From NCBI GenBank assembly GCA_047495785.1, contig JBLDXI010000030.1, positions 806,001 to 870,000 of the forward strand: a stretch of DNA of 64,000 bases. The letters run 5' to 3'. The notes beneath the pieces were generated by a model. That model ran no database searches. It was not told the DNA's origin and worked only from the letters and a program-made list of their open reading frames with translations. The stretch is from Lepidodermella squamata. Taxonomy: Eukaryota > Animalia > Gastrotricha. Both the position numbers and the translations under genes were made by a program. Below, in pieces: positions 1-11,900 of the stretch. Every line of letters starts with the position of its first letter. Position 1 is the stretch's first letter.

Positions 1-2169
1 CTGTCAGAGCCAACAAGATCGTGATCACGAACATGACTCGATCTGGCTTGCTGGCCTGCATGAGAAACGCAGCGAGTTCTAACAGTGTGAGGATCAGACA
101 AGGCCCAAGAATGTTCAGAAGATAGTAATTCGGTCGCCTTCGAAACGTCAGTGAGAACACGGCAACACTCACTCTGCTTCCAATCGTTGGAGCAGGCAGC
201 ATTTCAATTCTCGTTTCTTTTCTCTCGCCCAAAATTTGCCACTGGGCTATGGGTGAAAGATCATCGGGTATTACGAAAACCAAATCAGAGAAATTGGTTA
301 GCGCAGCAGAGCGATGGATTCCGAACTCAACCTCGCAGGTTTGAGTATCGAAAGGGAACTTTCGAAGATTCAGTGAACAGGTTGAGGTGTAGACGCCAAT
401 TCTTGACCAGTAGAACTGCATTTCCAAGTACGTTGCGTCCAGTGGTTTGATCACAAAGACAAAATCATCGCCTAGAATGGTGTCGACCATGTAAACGTTA
501 TCTGGGCTTGTGCGAAATGTTAAGGGCGGTAGCCAGAAATTCTCCTTGTCGCCAACGAAAACGCGTTCCGGATCTTGAATTTCGATAGGAATGTCACTTC
601 GTTTACAGGTCGTGACGCTCCATCGCAGCTGTAGGATGCCTGATAGAGTTATAGTCTCTTCGACCTCTTTTATACCGAAGAACTGGTCAATAACGAAAAT
701 CGCTCCGATTTTTGTAGGATTGCCATTGTTAGGCGGCGCGCTTCGATCAGCGGAGAAGTCTTTGCAGGTGCCATTCTTGATGTCAGAATCGCGGATTCTA
801 GGAGTCGCATTCTCCGGCGGGAGTTTCGGCAGCACTTCCGCCGCTCTTTCAGCGATCGTTAGCTTCTTGGCTGAAGTTGTAGATGTCGCTGGCAGGGTTG
901 TTACGGCTACAGGAATCGGTGACGTAGTCGAGCTCATTGGCTTCGTAGTTGTAGTCGGCATTTGGGTTGTTGAATTGGACCCTGGAGATAAGGCAATATC
1001 TAGTTTTCGAAATTTCTCATAGAAAGCTTACATATTCGAAGTTTCATGTAAAACCCTCCTGTTCTGCTGGATGAACTTCCGCGATTGAAATAAGAGACCA
1101 GCAGCTGTGAATCACTCGGCACAAGTTGCCAGTCCCCGCTGAAGCTGGTTATGTTTTCTTTTTCGTCTATAAAAACCTGCTTGGAGTTGACGAGGCCCTT
1201 CTGGTAGTTCCCATAGGTAATGAGTACCCCAGCACCGTCGGTGTTGAGACTCGTGAAGTTTAACAATGCGTACCTGGACAATTTATTAAAGATCAAAATC
1301 ATCTGCTGCGTCGAAACTCACTCTAGATATGTCATCGATGGAGCAATGATAAGCCACTCGCAGATATCAATGAGCCTCGAGTTTTTCGCAACAGGAATCA
1401 CTCCGATCGTTAGTTCCTGGAAGTCCCGATCCACTACCGTGAAAGTAGAACAGTCCGCTGTAATAGGAAGCATATCTGTCGATACGATCGCGTTGTTTTC
1501 AGGCGGTTCTATTTGTTCGAAGAAAATCGTAACAGACGAGAAGTGCCGTTGGTTTGTCGAATAGAGCGCGACCATTGCCGAAGAACTGTTCGTCGTCACT
1601 GTTAACGTATTGCCTGCAGTCAGTCTGTTTGGGTCAATTTCAAGCAGTTTCTTCGCCGGTCCTGATTGCCCAATGTCGAAAATCGCCAATCTAAGCCCGT
1701 CATATGGGCCTCCACTGGTATCGTTGACAACCGCGGTCATTTCGGAAAACCTAAACGTTTCTATTGTTCATAATTTGAAAATTTTGAATCTTTTTCAGCA
1801 ATGCCTAATCACGTTTGTGCCGTTAGCAATAATTCGCCACTGACGGTAGAGGTTGTACTCCTGGGTGTAGGTTGTAACAATGGTGCCGTTTTTGAAGTTT
1901 GTCATTTCAATTGTTGTTTTCACGTTGAGAGTCCAGTCGAAGTTGACATTTTTGTAGGCTGTTTTGGACTCGCAAGCTAGGCCGAAATAGCTTCCAGTGC
2001 ACGCGCAAACTTTATTGATCGTACACGAGCCTCCATTCTGGCAGCCATTCGGGCATGAATGTGCTAGAAAACGAAATTTAGTCTGAGATAGATAGTTCGG
2101 AAAGCTGATTATTCAACCTGTATTGATGATCTCAGAGGCAACAAGGATAAGATACCAAAATCGCAGCAT
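1..2169 (-). CDS. Chimeric Cys-loop channel A1, short form (signal peptide, EGF, 2 CUB-like, Thr/Ser stalk, pLGIC); 3' end runs off the window
   Basis: ATG at 2169 (MLRFWYLILVASEIINT). EGF exon CPNGCQNGGSCTINKVCACTGSYFGLAC, then CUB-like exons (ORFs 1318-1740 and 1000-1302). The final exon from ~999 is open to base 1 and is homologous to ORF 8995-10806 (DRSAPPNNG, FWLPPLTFRTSPD, RKFPFDTQTC, PDRVMFVITI). Confidence 0.85.
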
Positions 2170-2896
2170 GGAAAACACTTGAAAAAAATGAACAATTGTC
2201 GACCATGATGGCAAATAAGTCCCTTGGGTTTAGGATTATGACGCTAGCTGAGCAGGAAATTATCCTGCGAGGGCTCTATCGTTGCAGAGGAAATTGCAGC
2301 CGATCTCAACCGTTTGCCCTGCCGTTCCAAGTTTCATCATTTCCAAGCAGCGTTTTATTTGTCGAAACAGCATTTGATTTATTTTATAAAAATACATTTG
2401 TTTCGAATCAATACGAAGGATATAGAAAGATCGCGAATGACTCTAGGTTTCATTTCCGCAACAAACAGCCCTTCGAATTTCGAACTCTTTTTCAGTAGAA
2501 ATTGATATCAATTCACAAATGTGCAGTAATTCACAAATATCAAATCACAATTAATTGTTATTTGACGTTATCATCTGAAATCTATCCAATAGAAGATCAT
2601 GCGTTTTTCACGCCCCCAAAAACCTGTATCCGTCAACAACTACTTCGTATTCCTCTCGATATGGCTATTTCGAACTCGCTTGAGCGTCATTGCCATGTCC
2701 TTACGCAAAACGTGGCATGAGTTCACACTATATTGAGACGGAGACGACTTGGAATCGCCTCTAAAATACTCATGTTCATGTCCAGTCTTATGGCTTGTGT
2801 AGTGGGTTCGACACAAGTTCGCCGAGAATGCCCTATATATGCGCGGTTTGCAATCACTGAAATCATTTCTGCCCAGTAATACAGCTGACTGAATTC

Positions 2897-5504
2897 ATGT
2901 TTCGTCTGCTAAGTTTGATCTTTCTCGCAACAAATGTGTACACGTTACTGCATGGGATAGATTTGCTTCCAGTGAGCCGAACTACCGCTGGTCAGCAGAG
3001 CGTCGCTCTAAACGAACAAATGCCCGATTACGCAACTTCAGCCTCTTATGGCAAAGAGAACAAGACTTTGATCACAATTCTCGCAGGCGTTAGCTACGGC
3101 GGCGAAATGCCACTGGGCCCTCTTGCAACAAAAGCAATTGAATTCGCGTTAGATCGACTCAAATCGATGCCGAATTTCTTAGCAGACTACGAAATAGCTT
3201 TCCAGCTTTACGATGACAAGGTAAAACTGAAAGCCTTACATTTCAGAGCCCTCTCTATTTTTTACGGTTCTATATTACAGTGCCTCGACTATGTCAGCAT
3301 TTCAGAGCAGTTCTCGCGCTTTAGAGGTGAAAGACCCGGTATCAATCGCTTGCCGATTTTCATAAGCATGGGATGTGACTCAATCGGAATTCGAACCATC
3401 GCAGAATCGGCAAAGTACTTTGATCATCTAGCCTTGACAGTCGCCCTCACTTCACCTGAGCCTTACTACCAGCGCAATCGTTTCCCAAACTACTTCGCCT
3501 TTTTCCAGAGATTTGAAGGTGGTCACTTGGCTGCGGTTGAATTTATCGCAAAAATGGGCTGGCACAAGGTGGGGATAATCTCTGAGTCCTTCATCCTCTA
3601 CGACATGCTTCAAGCGTTGTTGCTTCCTCTTCTCGATCGGAAAAACATCACCGTGATCCATTTGAGCAAATCTTCTCATGTTGCCGTGTATGATGAGGAA
3701 ATGATCCGTGTTTTCGACGAATTGAAAGAGATCGATGCGAGGATTTTCATTATGGACTCAGATCGAGCCTCAGGGAAAGCTTGCTGGCTGCATCGATACG
3801 GAATGTATGGACCAAACTACGTACCGATGTTCTGGTATTGGTCCGACATCTTCCCAACAGGGTTTGTACCACCTGAACAGGAGCCGTGGTGCACTATGAG
3901 TATGATAGACGAAGTAGTCGCTAGCGCTGTGTTTTTCGGAGATTCAACCCTTGTTGACATCGATGGACCGGAACACGTGGACTCGACAGGACTCTCAGCA
4001 GCTAGATGGGATGAAGAAATGAGCAAGAAGATTTTGAACCCAGAAGAAAGCGTGTTTTGGAGGTACTACCGATATACCATCTACGAAGTTATTCTCTTCG
4101 CTGGATTACTTCTCAACAAAACTGAAACTGATCTCAGGCGCAGGAATCAGACCTTGTTAGACTGGATGTCTGCAAAACCTGAGAAGAGCTCTTTAGAATT
4201 GATCGATCTTCTCAGGGAAAATGTGTACTCAGTCAAATTAACCGGGATGAAGGGCACGTATTCGTTCGATGAATCTACAAAAATGAATTCTAAAGGATTC
4301 ATTCCACTGACCCTGAGTCAGGTAGATTTCTCTCGAGACGAGACGGGAAGTGTTATCTTGGGGAGCCCGAGAATAGTCGCCGTACACAAAGCATCAGATA
4401 ATGACGGGGAGATGAAACTCTTCACGGAACGCTTGATGTGGTTAACGCAAGACGGAAGGGCACCTTTAGATTCGAAAGTTTATATCAGGATGGAAGTTGC
4501 CATTCTGCCACTGCCGTTTTACGTGTTCATCATTTCGTTCACAATCTTCTACCTCATTGCATTACTCTACATAATCGTGCGAAGATTCGCCAAGTTCAGA
4601 TTTGAAAGAAAGCCATCTGAAATATCTCCCAAAGATCAAGCAATGCGCCCAAGAATTAGTTTGGTTGAAACGAATGTTGAGGTTTTGAGAGTTCTGGGCA
4701 GTTTGATGTTATTAGCGAGTTTGGCCATGATTCCTTGCCCAGGGAGACCGATTCAGAGATCGACATCCTGTATCGCGATGCCCTTGCTTTACGTAACTGG
4801 AATGCTGACGACTATATTCGCATTCCTACTGAAGGCAGAAGATGCTCTTCTAACTCCGAGGGAGAAAAAACTTAGATATCGAATTTACGGCTTCGTTTAT
4901 GCTCTCGTCCTTGGCCTCTCAATTTCTTGGCTAGTCTTCACTGAGCCTATTGCTCTGGCTGAAAAGAACTTTCAAGAGTTTACTCATGACAAAACTCGAT
5001 TTTATACACCGTTTCGCAACGAATGCGTTCTAAGTGGCGAATCCAGCATGGCATCAATCATCCTGTTTTCAATGATATGCTTGATCAAAGGAATCACGCT
5101 GGCTCGTTTGTGCGTGGCCTGCATCAAACTTAATGCCGTAAGCTTCAAAACGCCTTTTCACTGTATCATTTAATTTCAATATATACTTAGAAGCGATACC
5201 GCGCAAAAGGACGCCTCAAGGTCCTATCAATTAGTTTCTACTGCCTGCTCATGCTGGCGGTGACAGCTGTCTTGGCGAGTTTGATTCTGCCGGACCATAC
5301 GGCTGTTATTTCATCTGTTTTTGCATTGTTTGTTCTTGCTGGGTCTAATGCAATCATACTTGTAAGAAATGACTTTAACTATTCGATTTTCTCCAATATG
5401 TTTCCCTGTCTACTTTTCAGGAAATTCCGTATTGCAACAAAAATGGTTCTAAAACTGCAAGCAATACCACCAAGCGCGCAAGCCGTTTGTCTTCAAGACT
5501 CTGA
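2897..5504 (+). CDS. Orphan class C GPCR, GABA-B-like (Venus flytrap + 7TM, no Cys-rich domain)
   Basis: Signal peptide; VFT motifs (LADYEI..YDDKC, RNRFPNYF, MGWHKVGII, DARIFI, GMYGPNYV); 7 hydrophobic segments. Introns 3221-3280, 5138-5190 and 5362-5420. TGA at 5502-5504, AATAAA at 5532. Confidence 0.85.
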
Positions 5505-6500
5505 TGCCATCTATTGAAAATCGCGAATAGCAATAAAAATTGATAATTGGTTTTATTGTTTGACCGAATCTTCCGCCGTGACGATTATCTTTGGTTTGAT
5601 TGTTGATCAATTGAACCAACATTACCGACAACTCCTTACTCATTAGGTTGCGGTAACTGTTAGGGAAATTTGATAACTGTTTCATGGGCCCGTCTAAAAT
5701 GCACATTTCCCTTTAATTTTTTCGAACAGGACCCCATAACCCATAACCAATCGACGGAGGATTGCTCAAATTTCTTGTTGGTTAAACCGACACGATTTCC
5801 GAAAATTAAACTTTGAAGGGATACGCGTGATATTCAACCAATAAGTGCGCACGCGGATGAAACATAGGCGGGCTAGAAATGAAATGTGCTAGAAAAATCA
5901 GTTCAGCTTCTTTTCTTTAATATTGCATTTCGATATGGTTTGAAAATAAATAAATTTTTTAAGCTGCTCAACTTCACGTTTTAGTGACCGGAGGAAACCA
6001 CCGCGGATCCGTAAATGTGCCGCCGAAACACCTCTTAAAATGAGAAGAAATGGATTGTACTTAGTTGCTAAAGCACACACTTGGCACTCACTGTCAGAAC
6101 CCTCTGCGTGCCAGCTTTGGCGCGCATGCTGATCTGTTTTCTTGGAATGCCCCGATTGGCACGCATGCCAGGGTTTAAGAACCACTAGGCTAGCTGCAGG
6201 GATGCGTCGGATATTCAGTTTAATAAATTGCAATGCTTGATATCCCGTAGTTTACTTAGGTCAAATAGTCTTACACTTGAAAGAGGGTTACTCCAAAATT
6301 ATCAACTATTCTTTTCGAGTTAAGACATATTACGATTCCAGTAGCAGTTTCGTCGCACTACTACGGCGAAACTACGACGAAACTGCGACGCCACTGATGC
6401 ATGCAAACTACGACGCTACTGCGACGAAAAAAAGCTGCGACACGACTGCGACGCGCGATATATAAGTTGCGCAATTGTCGCGAATAGTACATATTTCAAT

Positions 6501-7966
6501 ATGTCCCTATGTATCGCTGGATAGCCCGTCCCGAGTACTACAAAGGGGGCCCAACTCAAAGACCAAAAAGTAATCCGATAGTCCTGAAAAGTGGCCGGAA
6601 AATGCGAAAATTTAAAATTTTCACTCAAAAACAGGTGACTTTGGGCGCCCGGCTGCTCCTTGCGGGTGACCTGGCGCCATGTCTCTATATATCGCTGGAT
6701 AGCCCGTCCCGAGTTCTACATAGGGGGCCCAACTCAAAGACCAAAAAGTATTCCGATAGTCCTGAAAAGTGGCCGGAAAATGCGAAAATTTAAAATTTTC
6801 ACTCAAAAACAGGTGACTTTGGGCGCCCGGGTGCTCCTTGCGGGTGACCAGGCGCCATGTCACTATATATCGCTGGATAGCCCGTCCCGAGTTCTACATA
6901 GAGGGCCCAACTCAAAGACCAAAAAGTAATCCGATAGTCCTGAAAAGTGGCCGGAAAATGCGAAAATTTAAAATTTTCACTCAAAAACAGGTGACTTTGG
7001 GCGCCCGGGTGCTCCTTGCGGGTGACCTGGCGCCATGTCTCTATATATCGCTGGATAGCCCGTCCCGAGTTCTACATAGGGGGCCCAACTCAAAGACCAA
7101 AATGTATTCCGATAGTCCTGAAAAGTGGCCGGAAAATGCGAAAATTTAAAATTTTCACTCAAAAACAGGTGACTTTGGGCGCCCGGGTGCTCCTTGCGGG
7201 TGACCTGGCGCCATGTCTCTATATATCGCTGGATAGCCCGTCCCGAGTTCTACATAGGGGGCCCAACTCAAAGACCAAAAAGTAATCCGATAGTCCTGAA
7301 AAGTGGCCGGAAAATGCGAAAATTTAAAATTTTCACTCAAAAACAGGTGACTTTGGGCGCCCGGGTGCTCCTTGCGGGTGACCTGGCGCCATGTCTCTAT
7401 ATATCGCTGGATAGCCCGTCCCGAGTTCTACATAGGGGGCCCAACTCAAAGACCAAAAAGTAATCCGATAGTCCTGAAAAGTGGCCGGAAAATGCGAAAA
7501 TTTAAAATTTTCACTCAAAAACAGGTGACTTTGGGCGCCCGGGTGCTCCTTGCGGGTGACCTGGCGCCATGTCTCTATATATCGCTGGATAGCCCGTCCC
7601 GAGTTCTACATAGGGGGCCCAACTCAAAGACCAAAAAGTATTCCGATAGTCCTGAAAAGTGGCCGGAAAATGCGAAAATTTAAAATTTTCACTCAAAAAC
7701 AGGTGACTTTGGGCGCCCGGGTGCTCCTTGCGGGTGACCTGGCGCCATGTCTCTATATATCGCTGGATAGCCCGTCCCGAGTTCTACATAGGGGGCCCAA
7801 CTCAAAGACCAAAAAGTAATCCGATAGTCCTGAAAAGTGGCCGGAAAATGCGAAAATTTAAAATTTTCACTCAAAAACAGGTGACTTTGGGCGCCCGGGT
7901 GCTCCTTGCGGGTGACCTGGCGCCATGTCTCTATATATCGCTGGATAGCCCGTCCCGAGTTCTACA
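6501..7966. repeat. 178-bp tandem satellite array, ~8.2 near-identical units
   Basis: The motif ATCGCTGGATAGCCCGTCCCGAG recurs every 178 nt (unit starts 6501, 6679, 6857 and so on). The ORF track shows identical peptides with the same period. Confidence 0.97.
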
Positions 7967-8046
7967 ATCGCAGCAATGCACAAATATCTAATATCATTAT
8001 AGTGCAAAGAGTATTATAAAGAGATATTATGTACGCATTTATCAGG

Positions 8047-8118
8047 GTAGATGTTAGTAAAGTAGGTTAATAGATGCATATCACGCGTTAGGTCCGCGGT
8101 TCGACTCCCCCATCTGCA
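8047..8118 (+). pseudogene. Degenerate tRNA-Asp-like sequence (pseudo-tRNA or SINE head)
   Basis: GTAGATG/CATCTGC acceptor stem, A-box-like TTAGTAAAGTAGG, GC-ATATCAC-GCG anticodon arm, B-box GGTTCGACTCC, TTTTT at 8124-8128. The D and T stems are defective. Confidence 0.6.
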
Positions 8119-8629
8119 CAGCGTTTTTCAGAGCTTCGGCTGATTGGATGATATGAATTCAGCTAGTTAGACCTAAAATTACCAAGTGGAGCATTATTTT
8201 AGCTTTGAATAAGACTGCGACGAACTGCGACAAAACTACGATAAAACTACGACGTAAACTACGGCGCAACTACGACGGAAATCGGCTATTAAATCAATTC
8301 TTAGAGTGAAGAGATACTTCTTAGCGTGCGTTTTTTGAATACAATAGGATCGAGTTAAATCAGAATGAATGATAGTGACATCAAAACTATTCACTATATA
8401 TTTGAAAAATATGAAACATAATCCGAGAAAGCACTAAAGGGGCAAAAAAAAGAAAGAAAAAACTGAAATTTGAAATGCACATTCATTCTCTAAAGGCTTA
8501 TTGTATCCTATGTCTCAATTACTAAATGAAGAACGAGCTCAACGGCTGATATTTGATATTGGATATGTTTGATGACATTGGACACAATTAACAGTGCAAT
8601 ATATTTTCAGTCTTCCATATATATCGTTA

Positions 8630-8805
8630 GCGTCGTTGAATAACTCGGATTTAGGCTTGTTTACCTCCATTTTAAGTTGATAGGTGACAAGTAAAACGTC
8701 TTTTGTATTTGCCTCTTCATTCACACTATAAAGCCGCCTTTTACTTGTCACTGGCGATCTCGAAAGGGATGTAAACAAGCCTAAATACGAGTTTTTCAAC
8801 GACGC
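8630..8805. mobile_element. MITE with ~39-bp terminal inverted repeats, flanked by TA
   Basis: GCGTCGTTGAATAACTCGGATTTAGGCTTGTTTAC versus GTAAACAAGCCTAAATACGAGTTTTTCAACGACGC. Inner inverted repeat GTGACAAGTAAAA/TTTTACTTGTCAC. TA on both sides. Confidence 0.75.
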
Positions 8806-8994
8806 TAAGGTATGTTTATGGTATATATGTTTTTGTATGTATTTGGTATATATGTTTTTGGTATCAACAGATAGAAAAAAGTGGAGATGAAGAAAGCTCT
8901 GACTTATGAACTCCGTCAAACCGGCGGTGTCAGAGCAAATAGATACACTCCATAAATCACGTTCAGCAAAGATTTCCTCAATAGTAGTGCTAGC

Positions 8995-11900
8995 TCATTC
9001 GTATTTAAGAATATATAAGGCGTACAGATTGATACCGAAGAAAACTGCCACTGCCATGACGAATCCAAGAGCATTCAGCAGATTCAAGACTGAAATACGA
9101 AGGCAGCCAAACTTCAGCACTTTTTTGGCCCATTTCGTCATATCGGTTGCCAGATACCCTAGTACCAGGTTGTAGAAACTGACCAGTCCTGTGTAAATCG
9201 CCATGTAGAAAATGTACTCGGTCAGCAGGATCATAGCAGCACTTTTCGGAACATCTTGCAAAACTTGATTCTGTGCTACTGTGAGAGCCAGCAAGATTGT
9301 GACTACGAACATGACTCGATCTGGCTTGTTAGCCTGCATGAGGGAAGCAGCCAGTTCCAAGAATGTGAGAACCAGACAAGGGCCGATGATGTTTAGCAGA
9401 TAGTAGTTGGGTCGTCTTCGAAAGGTTAGCGAGAAAACAGCCACACTAACTTTGCTTCCAATTGTCGGAGCGGCCAGCAATTTGACCTCGGATTTCTTTT
9501 CCTCACTCAGAATCTCCCACTCAGCTACTAGAGATAGATCATCGGGTGGGATGAGTGTCAGGTCAGAAAAAGCAGTAAGATTGACAGATCGATGAATGCC
9601 AAACTCGATTTCGCAGGTCTGAGTATGAAAGGGAAATTTTCGCAAATTCATCTCGCACGTTGACTTGTAGACGCCCACCCTCGACCAGTAGAACTGCATG
9701 TTCAGGTAGGTTTTATCAAGCGCCCTGATGACGAACACGAAATCGTCTCCGAGTTCACTGTCCACCATGTAGACATTGTCAGGGCTAGATCTGAAAGTGA
9801 GAGGAGGCAGCCAAAAGTCCTCCTTTTTGCCCACAAATACCCGTTCAGGCCCATCCAAGTCGAATGGCATTTCATCCCGCCGGCATGTCGTGACGTTCCA
9901 ACGAAGCTGGACGATTCCTGACAACGTTATTGTCTCATCCACCTCACTGATATCGAAAAATTGATCAACCACGAAAATTGCGCCGACTTTTGTTGCGTCG
10001 CCGTTGTTTGGCGGGGCACTCCGGTCAGCAGTGAAGTCCTTACATGGGCTCTTTGCAACGTCTGAATCTCGAATCCGTGGCGTAGCGGTTTCAATAGGTA
10101 GCGGAGGCATAGCTTCGGCGGCTTTTTCGGCAAAAGTCTTTTGCCTTGGAGATGCTGGGACAGGCGTAGTGGAGTATGTGGACTGCGTTTCTTGTATAGC
10201 TATTGTGTTTGCAGTGTACTGCGTTTCTTGAATAGGTTGTGTAGTCGGAATAGAGGAAAATTTCTTGCCAGAAGTGGACCCTGTGACTAGAGAAGGTGTA
10301 TCACTAGCTATGTTGCTTGTTGCACCACTGAAGTTGGGGATCGATGTAGTTGTGGAGTTCAATGAGATGGAAATCGACGTTGAAGTAGCGGGAAATGTCG
10401 ATGTAGTTGGTATTTTGAAAAAGAACTGCATTTCAAAGCCAGTTTTTGTTTGGTTAGAATCTGACATGCTTGAACTCATAATAACCATTATTTCAGAACC
10501 TTCAAATCCACTCAACGGCGGGATAGCTAGTTCAAGCTCATTTTCTACGGTAAAATTTGGTTTCGCCTCACGCAGCAGGTTGTTCCAGTTGTAGTTTGAA
10601 TCGCGACGCCTCATCTGTATGTTTCCATCAATAATCAGCGACATGTTGAGGATTCGATATGAAATGGATTGCGCGAGGGGAAACCGCAGCAGCCATTGGC
10701 AAACTTGGAAATCAACTCTCACCGGAGGCCATTTGCCAATCAAGACCGTATCAAATGGCCAGTCGATGACAGTCAAAGCCGGGCATGTTGTTTGGACCGG
10801 CATCAAATCAGGTGCAGCTCGCTTCTTCCGAGCAATAGAAATCGCTAAAATAAAGCTAATGAAAAAGGATTAAACCCGCCTTAGAATTACTTGTTGCATT
10901 TGTCGTAAACTCGACGTAAAGCCCCGTCTTGTATTGAAGCAACAGAATTACTGAATTTGTGGTGCTCTCAACTATGACCCAGAGACCGCCTGTTGTATTC
11001 GAAGGCCTGACAGCCGCAAGAGCTTTCGAGGTAGATGATCCGGGTGGCATTTCGTGAACAGTTAGCAGGACTATTAATTATTACAAAAAATAATAATTTT
11101 GATTTTTTAGGCTGTTATTTCACCATCGTTGCTGAAGTTTCCAAATTTATCTATCGCCTTGATTGAGAGTTTTACTAATCTGAAGAAGTAAATGTTCAAA
11201 ACTGCTCAAAAGTATAATAGCGTTACTTGAAAACGTTATCCGGGGTTGTGGTGAGCATCCATTGACAGAATCCAGATGTCGTGTCCACTTTAGCAAGGAC
11301 CAGCAACCAGTCACTAACATCGCTTCTGTTGTTCTGTCCAGCAAGCAACTCAGGTGTGCAGATTTGGACGCGCTTTTCGGCTGGGGCGCTTTTCTTCGCA
11401 TCGGATTCGCACTGCTGTCCATAGAAGCTCATAGGGCATTTGCAAGTGCTCTCGTAAATACATTCGCCACCGAGTGCGCACTTTTTGGGGCAAGCTTTAT
11501 CTAGACACGAGCAACTTTTGCCTATACGAAATTGATTATTGAAACGTAACTCATTTTGAATTTCATGTAAAACCCATGCGTCTGAGTTGCCAAGTATAGT
11601 TTGTTCCTGTACTGAAAGTATACCATAACTTCACGATTCGAGTCAGAATATGGCACAGGCAGGGTCTCTGCTGAGTTTTTCTGTGTTTCGTTTTTCCTCC
11701 AATCCACCCGAAACGGAGTTGAGTAGACTTCACCAGTTTGGTAATTGACCGAATCCATAGCAAGGTAAACCTCCGATTCACCAAATGTGTAATTTAAGAT
11801 TGTGTACCTGCCCGGTAAAATCAGTTGTAACGCAGTTCAATCATTGATCAATGTATTCCTCACTGCATAATACTGGTGGTAAAACTGCCTGGTGGTACAC

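Noticed and set aside
151-1843. Plus-strand ORFs here, and similar ones opposite other genes (e.g. 10004-10873, 22639-22932)
   Set aside because: They are antisense shadows of minus-strand exons. Val-rich peptides simply mirror the Thr-rich stalks.
6416-7991. Many repeated ORFs, or a CRISPR-like array
   Set aside because: The ORFs are by-products of the 178-bp satellite. The units are contiguous with no unique spacers, there are no cas genes, and the context is eukaryotic.
8047-8118. Functional tRNA gene
   Set aside because: The D and T stems are defective and the anticodon loop is non-canonical, so it is kept only as a tRNA-derived element.
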